Shown: piece after piece, positions 11,431-22,970 of the stretch
How positions within the stretch are numbered: the first letter of the stretch is position 1
How the letters are laid out: the number at the start of each line of letters is the position of its first letter
NCBI GenBank assembly: GCA_951406725.2
Contig: OX597825.1
Location: 6,200,001 to 6,264,000, forward strand
Origin: Octopus vulgaris
Taxonomy: Eukaryota
Direction of reading: 5' to 3'
DNA length: 64,000 nt
Notes under the pieces: generated by a model
What the model was told of the DNA's origin: nothing
The model's database searches: none
What the model saw: only the letters and a program-made list of their open reading frames with translations
Program-made: the position numbers and the translations under genes

Positions 11431-11560
11431 CCAAGGTTCACTTTTCGTTGGAGATTTTTAGAGAAATTTCATTATTTTGGAGGAAATTACCGAGTTTGAA
11501 GAAGAGCTGAAGTGAAATTGCAATTGTCCTGGTGTGGACAGTGAGAGGAAAAGAATAGAA

Positions 11561-12037
11561 ATGAAGAATAAGATTGATAATGTGAATCCTGTGATCTACC
11601 AGCGCAAATTGGATCGACATGTGCTCCCTGCCGAGGAAGACGAAAGCGTAATTGACGAAATCGATGTCCGGGAAATTTTCGATTTGGTCCGAAATATCAA
11701 CGATCCCGAACATCCACTTACATTAGAAGAACTGAACGTCGTCGATGAAGATCACATTCAGATCGATAACAGCAGTAATCTGGTGACATTAGCCTTCACA
11801 CCGACCATACCTCACTGTAGCATGGCCACACTAATTGGTCTTTCTATTCGTGTGAAGCTACTTCGCTCATTGCCAACTCGTTTTAAGGTGGACATTGCCA
11901 TTGCCCCAGGCACACACAATTCAGAACAAGCGGTCAACAAACAATTGGCCGACAAAGAAAGGGTCGCCGCTGCTTTAGAGAACAGTCATTTGTTGTCCGT
12001 TGTTAACCAATGTCTCTCAACTAAATCAAAAACGTGA
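11561..12037 (+). CDS. CIAO2B: Cytosolic Fe-S assembly component 2B (FAM96B/MIP18), single coding exon, 158 aa
   Basis: ATG at 11561 (track start 11534 is GTG); [73 protein letters not shown] motifs. Confidence 0.96.
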   Translation: MKNKIDNVNPVIYQRKLDRHVLPAEEDESVIDEIDVREIFDLVRNINDPEHPLTLEELNVVDEDHIQIDNSSNLVTLAFTPTIPHCSMATLIGLSIRVKLLRSLPTRFKVDIAIAPGTHNSEQAVNKQLADKERVAAALENSHLLSVVNQCLSTKSKT

Positions 12038-12518
12038 CAAGGTTTCTGTGAATGGGACAAGAATTCTTGCGTGAATATGTATCAATCCGGCCTCTACAAC
12101 CTCCATTGTTGTTATGTAATATAAATTATTTTGTTTATTATATTCATTTGTATAACCATTACAAGTTTTCCTTCCAAACTTATTATTTGTCCATGTTTTT
12201 TGGTTTTTATTTCTTCACTGATTTTTCAGTCATTGGATTCTGGTTATTTTTCTGAAGCATCGACTTGGCGAGTTTAGTCAAGATGCGATATTTATTATTT
12301 TAACCTGTTTCTTATTTTATTGTCCTCTACCAAAGCAATCTTTAGAGTCGTCACGCGTGTTTATGACCAACTCCAGGAAACCCAATGAAATTAGATATAT
12401 TCCTGGTTTATCGAAAAAAAAAACAGTTCTTTTATTTTGGGTAATTCAGTTTACATGTGTTAAAAAAAATAGTGAAGGGACAACTAATTTTGAGACATTG
12501 CATAACCAACAATAAACG

Positions 12519-12757
12519 GGTACTACTTAAGAAGAATGGTCCCGGTGCGCGTACTGGCGTAGTCGCGCTAGCTAGTCGTGACAAGTCGATCCTTTGTGTT
12601 TTTTGTGTTTTATTTACTTTGTTTTAAAAATATTATTTACTTTGTGTAAAAAAAATATTTTGTGTTTTATTTACTTTGCCAGGTAGTCGTAGGATCGACT
12701 AGTCACGACTAGCTAGCGCGAGTGCGCGCACCGGGACCACTCTTCTCAAGTAGTACC
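12519..12757. mobile_element. Merlin-family MITE copy 1
   Basis: TIRs GGTACTACTTAAGAAGAATGGTCCCGGTGCGCG / CGCGCACCGGGACCACTCTTCTCAAGTAGTACC; 9-bp TSD caataaacg (12510-12518, 12758-12766). Confidence 0.9.
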
Positions 12758-13853
12758 CAATAAACGATTAAAAGGATATTGTACATGGAAACATGGCTTT
12801 TGTCAAAGAATGAACGGTGACAGATTGATTCTTCTCTTTATAAAGCTTTGCAGTTCTACACTTTTCCGTCAATCATGTCACCTCGTGTAAAAAAAGACCA
12901 CAGGGTGAATTACAATTTTCACAGGTGCAGTTCATAATTAATCGACGCCGTGCCAACCACTGAAGAATGTTGTCTCGTGATTCTGCCAATTGAGAGAGGA
13001 TTGCTTGACGATTGAGGATCTAAACTGCGGTGCCGCTGGTCTTCCACGTGCGATTTCTATCGATCTGCAAAGTATCAGACAATATATTTTGGTGTATTTA
13101 GTTATTGTCCCTTCACTCTTTCCTTTTACCCACACAAACTGAACAATTTACCCCAGGGTGGGTCATTGTTCGGTTTAGGAACATTAAAAAAGTAAATGAA
13201 AATTAAGGGGGAGATAACTAGTAAATGGACATGAATACTGGATATAGCAACCAAAAAGGTGAACAAATGTCTTGTTCTTCTCAATGGAATTACACCATAT
13301 GAATTCGTGTAAATAGGACACAATCAATAATTGACGCCGTAGTTTCTGTTTCTCACGCATCCACATATTTCCAACATTTTGGGTGTGAACCTTATTTGGA
13401 GGATTAACAAAATTGTTCTCATGTACAATGGGCATTACTAGTTATCTCCCCTTAACTTTTAATTTTTTTAATTACCCAAAACTTAACAATTACCTAATTC
13501 TAATTATGTTGTGCAATGAAAATACGTGGGGTGATAAAATTTATCATATACAAACACGCGTAGTTTTTGAAACAGGTATACATCTGTCTGTTATCTGTCT
13601 TATCTAAATTTGTAACACGTATTTTTTCGCCCTTCAGCATAGACACCTGTATGGGTATATACCTTTGCGTATGTGTTTTACTGCTTTCTGTATTATGTCG
13701 GCTGATGTCTCCTCCCCAAATACACACCCTGCAAGGAGATATTTGAGAATATAGTCTTGAATGTCTAATACACCCACTCAATAAAACTCACCAACCAATA
13801 ACAGAACCATCGCTGCCATTTCCACACAATCACCACTACAACCATCAGCAAAA

Positions 13854-14209
13854 GGTACTACTAGTAAACAGTGGTCCCGGTGCGTGCACTCGTGCATCCC
13901 CGCTAGCTAGTCGTAAGTAGTCGATGCTACAACTAAGTAAATAAATTATTTTTTATAAACAAAGGTTAGGGTTAAACATTTTTTTCTTAGATTATTTATT
14001 TTGCGTATTATTTACTTTGTTTGAAAAATATTATTTAATTTGTGTAAAAAAATTATATACATTGTTTAAAAAAAACGCATTTTCTTTGATATGTATTCAG
14101 CCTTGAACTACAAACATGTATCGCATACGCGCAAGTCGTTGTAGGATCGACTACTTACGACTAGCTTGCGCAAGTGTGCGCACCGGGACCACTGTTCGCT
14201 AGTAGTACC
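13854..14209. mobile_element. Merlin-family MITE copy 2
   Basis: Same TIR family; 8-bp TSD cagcaaaa. Confidence 0.9.
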
Positions 14210-14489
14210 CAGCAAAAAAATCTACTAACACTACTACTCACCCAGCTCTGCCACCATAGATAATTAACACACGAATTTAGATAACACAGTTCTGAAATGA
14301 CCTTTGATCAATGAGAATTGATCCGAGGTTGAATGATGCAAGCCATTGCTGATTAACAGTAACCACTGACACTACCATCACCAGCACGAAAGATAAAACA
14401 AAAAACAAAACATCAGCTACAAAAATACTGTCAACAATAATAACAACTGCGATTGTCAATACTTCGAACAATAACATCAACATCACTGC

Positions 14490-15146
14490 GGTACCACTTG
14501 AGAACAGTGGTCTCGGTGCACGTAGTCGCGCATCCGTTCTAGCTAGTCATGACTAGTCGATCGTACAACTACCTAGCAAAGTAAATAAAACACAAAATAA
14601 ATCATTTTTTTACACAAAGTAAATAATTTTTGTTAAACAAAGTAAATAACATAGGCGCAGGAGTGGCTGTGTGGTAAGTAGCTTGCTAACCAACCATATG
14701 GTTCCGGGTTCAGTCCCACTGTGTGACATCTTGGGCAAGTGTCTTCTGCTATAGCCTCAGGCCGACCAAAGCCTTGTGAGTGGATTTGGTAGACGGAAAC
14801 TGAAAGAAGCCCGTCGTATATATGTATATATATATATATGTGTGTGTATGTCTGTCTTTGTCCCCCCAACATTGCTTGACAACCCATGCTGGTGTGTTTA
14901 CGTCCCCGTCACTTAGCGGTTCGGCAAAAAGAGACCGATAGAATAAGTACTGGGCTTACAAAAAGAATAAGTCCTGGGGTCGAGTTGCTCGATTAAAGGC
15001 AGTGCTCCAGCATGGCCACAGTCAAATGACTGAAACGAGTAAAAGAGTAAAAGTAAATAACACACAAAAACACAAAGTAAGGATCGACTAGTCATGACTA
15101 GCTTGCATGAGTGTGCGCACCGGGACCACTGTTCTCAAGTAGTACC
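14490..15146. mobile_element. Merlin-family MITE copy 3 with nested SINE
   Basis: Same TIRs; 9-bp TSD catcactgc; family A SINE inserted at 14652-15049. Confidence 0.9.
14652..15049 (+). mobile_element. SINE family A nested in Merlin MITE
   Basis: 13-bp TSD aaagtaaataaca. Confidence 0.92.
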
Positions 15147-16248
15147 CATCACTGCTACTATCTTCCGTGCCACCTTTTTTATTGACCACCGCTACCAAGA
15201 ACAACAGTAGCACCCGTTAGTGTATCTAGTTATCTGTCACCAAAGCAGAGTCCTCTATCTCTCTCTCCACATCTAGCTTTTTGAAAAACACCATTCCTTT
15301 TTTTTTTTTACCTAATAACTTATTTCGTTGGAATTCCAGTGTAAATAACTCGGTCAAACTAAAGGGATTGACCCAGGCACAAAAAAAAAATAGTGTAATA
15401 GGTGTAAAACAGTTTGACCAATACCTCATATAACTTTTCATAACTTTTTCAAGTTTTTAGAATTTTCAGAAAATGTTTGCACTTATCTGTTCTACACACA
15501 GGAATTCACAGGATTATGAAAAAAAAATTTTTTGTACGTGATTTAAGGGCGATTTAGCTGGTGTTTTTAGCACAACCCACGACCACCTGATACCTTCTTC
15601 GTTTCTTTGTCACTGTGATATGCATTGATGCTTTTCAATATTTTTCTCCCCACAAACACATTTAATGGAATGATGATGCATCCAATGACTGTCCATTGCT
15701 GAGATTTAAACAAGAAATTCAGACTGTCTGAAAATTCCAAAAAATAAATGAAGGGTTACATGGGGTGCCTAAACAAGAATTCTGCCCTTATTTCCTCCTC
15801 TGACAGCCTTGTTGCTACATACAAAATATTTTTCTCTTTCCCAAAATGGACAAGTATCTGAAATTTGTTAGTTTTCTTTTCTTTCTCACAGAATACATCA
15901 TCTTCCACCATTTGAATTATTTGATTTCCTCAGATTCTACTGTTTTACTAAAGAATCTTGAACCTGCTACCTTAATATTACTTGAATAATGTCAAAACAT
16001 TTACCAAAGACCTGTTACACATGACAGTGATATCTTCTTCCTTTTTACTGGAATGTTTTTACCCTCACCCTCTGCTTCTTCAGCTCTCATATATTTTACA
16101 GTTATGGAAACCCAAACTGCTGTTTTAAAGCTATCCAAGTGAAAATAATCCAAACCCCATTATCAATTAGTGAAGTGTTTAGCCCCTAAATTGGAAATTT
16201 TATTTTGTCTTAGAACAAAACAGACTGGGGCCTGGTGAAGCTCTTCAG

Positions 16249-17458
16249 GGTGCTATTTAAGAAGAGTGGTCCCGGTGCACGCACTCATGCATCCACGCTA
16301 GCTAGTCATGACTAGTCGATCCTACAATGACTACCTAGCGCAAGTGTGCGTATGCAAAGTAATAGATGCGTGCATAAAATAAAATGTTTTTTTTTTTAAA
16401 CAAAGTAAATAATTTTTTTTTAAAACAAAGTAAATAATTTTTTTTTTCTAAACAATGTAAATAATTTTTTTCTTTAAACGAAGTAAATAAGTGCAAATAC
16501 AACAAAGGTGGAATGCCACAGGAGAGGTGGGTCTTTGGAGGATGGGATAGAGAAGACAAAAAAGGGTTTTTAGTCTTTGTACCTGACCGTTCTTCTGAAA
16601 CTCTTCTACCCCTTATTAAAAAATTTATCAAACCAGGTACGACCATATATTCTGATTGCTGGAGTGCGTACAATGGGATTACTGAAATGGACGTGACACC
16701 AAAACACACCCGTTTCAAGGTGAACCATTCCGAAAATTTTGTCGATCCAATAAGAAATGTCCACAGAAATTCGGTTGGATGTTATTGGAAGAATGTAAAA
16801 AGACGTTTTAAGAGTATGGTGGGGGTACACACAGACATGGTGGAATCATATCTAGACGAATTTCTTTGGTGAGAACAATATGGAAAAACCTGGAAATGAA
16901 TGTTTTGAAACCATTCTTAAGCACCTTTCAGAATGGTTCACCTTCCAGTAACTCAAATCAACTTCAACATTTTATTTTATTGTTTGGTGGTATTTTCGAA
17001 TGAATTGCAAGAACTGTGTGATATTCAATTTTTTTTATTTGCTATGAAAGCAACCACATGCAATTTGGATAGCGAAAAGCAAGAAAAAAAAAATTATTTA
17101 GTTTGTTTTAAAAAAACCCTATTTAAAAAAAAAACCCATTTTATTTGATATATATTCACGTGCGTGAGTTTTATGTGTGCATCTATTAATTTGCATATGC
17201 ACACCCACGCTTGGTAGTCGTAGGATCAACTAGTCATGACTAGCTTGCGCAAGTGCACGCACAGGGACCACTTTTCTTATTTGTTTGAAAAAACCTCCAT
17301 TTTATTTGATATATTTGCTTACATGAGTTTTATGCATGCATGTGCGCATCTATTAATTTGCATGCATGTACTCACACTAGGTAGTCATTGTAGGATCGAC
17401 TAGTCGCGACTAGCTAGCGCGAGTGTGCGCACCAGGACTACTCTTCTTAAATGGTACC
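16249..17458 (+). mobile_element. Merlin (IS1595/ISXO2-like) transposon, deleted autonomous copy
   Basis: Same TIRs (right end partly duplicated); 8-bp TSD ctcttcag/cttttcag; carries a transposase fragment. Confidence 0.88.
16513..16930 (+). pseudogene. Merlin DDE transposase C-terminal fragment
   Basis: WVFGG...VPDRSSETLLPLIKKFIKPGTTIYSDCWSAY...VNHSENFVDP...H.NS....W...SYLDEFLW*, DDE_Tnp_IS1595 pattern; N-terminus absent, premature stop. Confidence 0.88.
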
Positions 17459-18319
17459 CTTTTCAGTTTATCAGTTCTAGTCAAACCTTTGCCAGCATGG
17501 AAAACGGCCACCAAACGATGATGATTATGAGGATGAATGTGAAACCCAAATATTAATCAACCTTATAAGTAGTGTATATGATACAATTTTTGTGTATTGT
17601 TGATTCTTATTTACATAATCTTTTGCCTTCTGTATCCTACAAAGAAAAATATTCTGTAAAAAGCTGTTAAATGATGAATAGCTAAAAGTTTGGATTGGTT
17701 CTGGGAGATGGAACTAAAGCTCAGCAAATATTGGTTAGAATCTAAAGGCAAAATATCATGATTTAAAGGTTCATACAAAATCAAAGTACCACACCAAAGT
17801 AACACCTTCGAAGAATTCTATTCCCCCTACTTCAATATTCACACAGTCTAATAATGAATCCCCTAAACTTGAGGGATCAGTTTTTGTGTAGATGTGTTGC
17901 CATTTCTACTGTTAGGAATTGTAGTCATGAAGTTGACCTCTGTAAGAATATTGGTGAGAGTAAAACCATTGAATATGAAAATGTGTTGTATAAGGTGTTC
18001 AAACGTTATTAAAATTCCATTTTGTGACCATTTTTTTGCTGTTTTAATAAATGCCATGGGTAATGGTAAATTTAGTTTGTTGTTAGAATGAGTTGAATGG
18101 ATATCACACCAATGGAACTACTTGATATTTCTATGAGGTATCCTTTAGTAAGAATGATATTGGGGTTGTCTACTTTGCTTGAACTTTGAGAACTTGATAA
18201 ATGTACTGCTGATTATTATTGTAAAATGCCATTAAATTATTATTATTATTATTGTTAATAATAATAAAAACTAGGCTTGAAGTAACTTTTGGCAGTCAGT
18301 AATGAGACTGACAATGATG

Positions 18320-18350
<31 letters not shown>

Positions 18351-18497
18351 GTCAAAAGATGATGGACCATCTTTCAAGTTTGCAGTTGGCCACTTCTCAT
18401 GCATCACACATATTAGATACTTAATTGTGGAAACAATTAAAAAAATTTTTTTTTACCTATTGGAGAACTTCAAGAATTTATACTAAATCCTTAGTGA

Positions 18498-18720
18498 ATA
18501 TCTTCTGAACTTTCGAAATATTAGTCCAAATGACAGAAACGTGTTTTAAAGAAAGTTTGAAAAACAGTTTTTCAAAAAATACTTTGGAGGGAAACCATTA
18601 TGAATGGTGATTTTATAATTGTTTCTCTCCAAAGTATTTTTTGAAAAACTGTTTTTCAAACTTTCTTTCAAAAACACGTTTCTGTCATTTGGACTAATAT
18701 TTCGAAGGTTCAGAAGATAT
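18498..18720. repeat. Foldback palindrome (~100-bp arms)
   Basis: ATATCTTCTGAAC...GGAAAC / GTTTCTC...GTTCAGAAGATAT. Confidence 0.9.
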
Positions 18721-18929
18721 CTAAAAAAAATAACAGAGTAATTTAAGGAACTTTAATTAGTTTAATGATAGCAACGAAAGAAAACTTAATGTATATTTTT
18801 TTGGACATTAAATATCAAACAAAAAAAAAATGTCTTTGTGTTGTATTGTATAAAATTTCTTTCTTGGTCTGCAAAACTTTAGTTGCTGACAAATGGTTTT
18901 GATAAGTTAACTTAAGTTAATTTTTTTGG

Positions 18930-19105
18930 CTCAAAAAGCAAAAAGCAAGGCCATGTAGGGGGACATGGAGTTATGTACAGGGTGGTGTTCATGTAAAAAG
19001 TTCAGGCCATTTGTGGTCAAGGGAGACTTTGAACCGAGCGGTTGTCAGCATCTTCACTATCTCGTCCGGCAGCTTATTCCACGGATCCGCAACCCGGACG
19101 GATTG
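18930..19105 (-). mobile_element. CR1-clade LINE 3' fragment
   Basis: SVRVADPWNKLPDEIV...ARFKVSLD, CR1 C-terminal WNxLP motif. Confidence 0.7.
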
Positions 19106-19584
19106 AGATGAGATGAAATCGTCGCAGATAGAGCTTTTCGGAGTGACCCCGCAGCCGATGCTCAGGGTTAAATTGCCACTACTGCCTTTTTTTCCCTGCA
19201 TGATTCACCCAAGGTCAATCAGTCATTGGTTATAGTGTCCATTGTAGGTCAGTTACCTATTTTGTGACATGAAGAAACAACAAGGTGGTATTAAGAGAGA
19301 GAGAGAGAAAGATGAAGCTACGTGCGTTTTTGATGGCATTTACCAGTTGAAAAATGATGGCCATACGGAGTGTTTTATATGAACTCCTGCAATATTCTTT
19401 TTGTGCCTAAAACGACAACATTGTTGACTTTATAGTTCTGAGACCCCCTTCGGTCACGACACTGACCATGGGATTGCACCTAGAAAGTTACCCTCCTTGG
19501 CACAAGTCCGGGCAAGGTTGTTTATGGAAGACCAGAAGTCGCCCATGCATACCGGCCTCCCCTCTCCACGCCACCAGGACACTG

Positions 19585-20245
19585 CAGCCTCTTGAACTGA
19601 AAGGGGAGATCATATGGAGGACAATGTCCAACCAGGAGCACAGCTATTTCATTTGCTGTTGGCGCATTAAACCTCCCTCCATGTTGACCAACTGGTTTCT
19701 TGTCTGACCTGGTAACTACCTTGTATTTCCTGGAGTCTGATAGAATTGTTTCATGTGCAGTCTTGAAGCTTCTGATCAGGTTGTTGTTGCTGTTGTGCAG
19801 CATCGTTTGCAGAGGCACCACAGTGTTCACCCTCAAACCAGGAATGTTCTTGCACCTCTCTTGCCCTTCTTATTCAGAATCACCCATAAAGTATATTTGT
19901 TGGAATTTTTAGTGACTCATTTGACAGAAGTTGCAGAGAGCCGATATGATGATATATCTCTCTTTACTCTCTTTTACTCTTTTACTTGTTTCAGTCATTT
20001 GACTGCGGCCATGCTGGAGCCCCGCCTTTAGTTGAGCAAATCGACCCCAGGACTTATTTTTGTAAGCCTTGTACTTATTCTATAGGTATCTTTTTTTTGC
20101 CGAACTGCTAAGTTATGGGGACGTAAACACCAGCATCGGTTGTCAAGCGATGTTGGGTGGACAAACACAGACACTCAACATATACACACATGTACATATA
20201 TGTATACATATATATATACACACATATATATATATACATATATAT

Positions 20246-20298
<53 letters not shown>

Positions 20299-20310
20299 TA
20301 TATACATATA

Positions 20311-20341
<31 letters not shown>

Positions 20342-21065
20342 GACGAGCTTCTTTCAGTTTCCGCCTACCAAATCCACTCACTAGGCTTTGGTCGGCCCGT
20401 GGCTATAGTAGAAGACACTTGCCCAAGGTGCCACGCAGTGGGACTGAACCCGGAACCATGTAGTTCGTAAGCAAGCTACTTACCACACAGCCACTCCTAC
20501 GCCTAATTTTGTCTAATTTTGTTTTGGAAGTGCTTAGAATCTTGGTCAGTTGATGACAACAGTTTCTTCAATGGTTCTGGAGGGTGGGGCATTGCAGGGA
20601 GTTTAACCATTCCACCACTGCAGCACAACCCAGGTATCTCTCCAGGCCACTTCCTTGCTTTACAATGTTTGCACTCAGTTGTCATTGCACCAATAGAAAC
20701 TTCAGTGTCATCTACATAATTAAATGCTGGATCATAGTTGAAAGCTGCTTCATAGAAGTTGCTTCTCTGAGCTGTTGCAACTGCTCTTCCTTCTGCAGTG
20801 GAGATCCTATTCCTTGTCAGGCGAGCATACCTCTGATCCACAGTTTGAGATGCTCAGGAAGCAGCAGTAGGCAACCAGTTTTCTTCTTTGACGCATAACT
20901 CTTGTTTCATTATCCTCAGATGCATTGCATTGGCTGCTGCTGTAGTGTGCAGTCTCTTTCTTGGCGTACTTCCCCTTTTTCAGGTGTCTCGCTTTCCATT
21001 GACAGGGTCGTTCTTTTGGCTGACATTGACATTGGGGACAAATTTGACACCTTCCTTCTAGGTAT
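19585..21065 (-). mobile_element. Degenerate, internally deleted Helitron RepHel, split by a SINE
   Basis: CKHCKARKWPGEIPGLCCSGGMVKLP zinc finger; GRFNAPTANEIAVLL; DLPFQFKRLQ (Pif1-like helicase C-terminal motif); degenerate (I)PRRK start. Confidence 0.82.
19962..20504 (-). mobile_element. SINE family A inserted in Helitron ORF
   Basis: Full copy with expanded internal (TA)n. Confidence 0.9.
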
Positions 21066-21654
21066 GGTTATTTACGGATACACAAAACACCGGTACAGAA
21101 GATGAAATTTTTTTATACTAGAAATCGTTACAACGGTAAACGCTAGACAGAATGGCTGACAGAATGAAGAAGAGAATGATAGAGTAAGAGATAGAAAGAG
21201 AGGAAGATAGAGAGATAGATAAATAAATATATATATATATATATATATAACACAGGTTCTGAAATGAAATAGAAGCGGTTATACATGCATGTGCGTGTCT
21301 AGTTAGCGGAAATTGACATTGAAAAACCTTTTCCAAGAAGTGAATCATATATATAAAACTGTATTATTCATTCTATTTATTATTAATAAAGAAAAATAAA
21401 TGAAGAACATAGACAGAATGAAGAAGAGAATGAGATAGAAAGAGAGGAAGATAGATAGATACAGATATAACATGTTCTGGAATGAAATAGAAGCGGTTAT
21501 ACATACATGTGTGTGTCTAGGTAGCGGTAGTTACTATGTGAAAACCGAAAGTAAACATTGAAAAACCTGTTGCTACGTCAGTACCGGATGTTGACATTGA
21601 AAAACCTTGGTTTCAAATTTTGGTATAAAGCCAGGAATTTGCTCTCTCACCTCT

Positions 21655-22970
21655 GTACTTTAATGACTTACTCACCACTGCGTCCAACAACACCTACCCT
21701 TATCCAGATGACACAACCCCATTTCTTCCTGACACTATTCAACCATGCATCATCCACTCGCAACCTAGACACCATTTGCCACCCTAATCAATTCAGTGAC
21801 TAAAGAACTAAAAAGAAGAAAATAAAAACAAAAAGAAGAGACCAACCTCCACCCTCGTCTCCTTTCAACCTCACACCACCACCACCAACACCACAAAAGT
21901 TCCACGTATCAAGAAAATACTATGGCACCACACTCATCTTCGTCAGGAACTGTACACATCTCGATCCTCCACAGCCGCTTGCTCTTACTATCGCCTTATC
22001 TATTCTGGCGAAAATTCATCCTTCTTATTGCTAGGACAACATCCCGATGGCTGGCTCTTCTCGTAGTTTTTGACACCTACAAAGCTCATGTGCGGCTCAC
22101 ACCTGGGACAAGACGGCTGCCGCGTGCGCACAATGAAGCACTCCCTGAAACGGACCACTCGACTGATGAACATAAAATCCCTGGCAGAAACTCGCCATAC
22201 TCTGGTCCACTGTTGTGTTGTCTCTGATTTTTCTGTTGTTGCTATAATGGCGAGCTGGCAGAAACGTTAGCTCGTCGGCCGAAATGCTTAGTGGTATTTC
22301 GTCTGCCGTTATGTTCTGAGTTCAAATTCCGCCGAGGTCGACTTTGCCTTTCATCCTTTCAGGGTCGATAAATTAAGTACCAGTTACGCACTGGGGTCGA
22401 TATATATTTCTTTACTACCCACAAGGGGCTAAACACAGAGGGGACAAACAGGGACAGACAAACGGATTAAGTCGATTACATCGACCCCAGTGCGCAACTG
22501 GTGCTTAATTTATCGACCCCGAAAGGATGAAAGGCAAAGTCGACCTCGGCGGAATTTGAACTGGGGTCGATATAATCGACTTAATCCGTTTGTCTGTCCT
22601 TGTTTGTCCTCTCTGTGTTTAGCCCCTTGTGGGTAGTAAAGAAATAGAAATAGGTATTCCGTCGAGGTCGACCTTGCCTTTCATCCTTTCGGGGTCGATA
22701 GATTAAGTATCAGTTGCGTACTGAGGTCGATGGAATCGATTGCCCCCTCCCCCAAAATTTCGGGCCTTGTGCCTAGAGTAGAAACGAATGGCTTCCGCTT
22801 AATGGAGTTAACTGGTCTCAGGTTACCTCTACCCGTTTCTCCCGCTCTCAACACCATCATTGTGTCTAAGCCAGGCCTCGTACTAATCGCTATACCCAAG
22901 TCTTCTGGAAATTTCTCTCAGCTCATGCCATTCCCGCAGGTATGACTTGTAAAAGTTCAATACGAACATT
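21655..22970 (+). mobile_element. Decayed CR1/L2-type LINE RT remnant split by SINEs
   Basis: YPDDTT (YADD-like), WRKFILLIARTTSRWLALL, YKAHVR. Confidence 0.5.
22248..22787 (+). mobile_element. Composite SINE family B containing an antisense family B insertion
   Basis: Inner copy ~22405-22559 flanked by duplicated actggggtcgatata. Confidence 0.85.

Noticed and set aside
11534-11560. Track start of CIAO2B at 11534
   Set aside because: GTG codon; the first ATG at 11561 fits the family N-terminus
11438-11713. Minus-strand 91-aa ORF
   Set aside because: Antisense shadow of CIAO2B
13126-13656. Possible additional MITE (internal inverted TTAAGGGGGAGATAACTAGTAA / TTACTAGTTATCTCCCCTTAA)
   Set aside because: Inverted segment is real but termini and TSD could not be defined
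15500-18230. Coding-like unique sequence flanking the Merlin element
   Set aside because: Stops in the frames examined and no recognisable motif; needs tblastx
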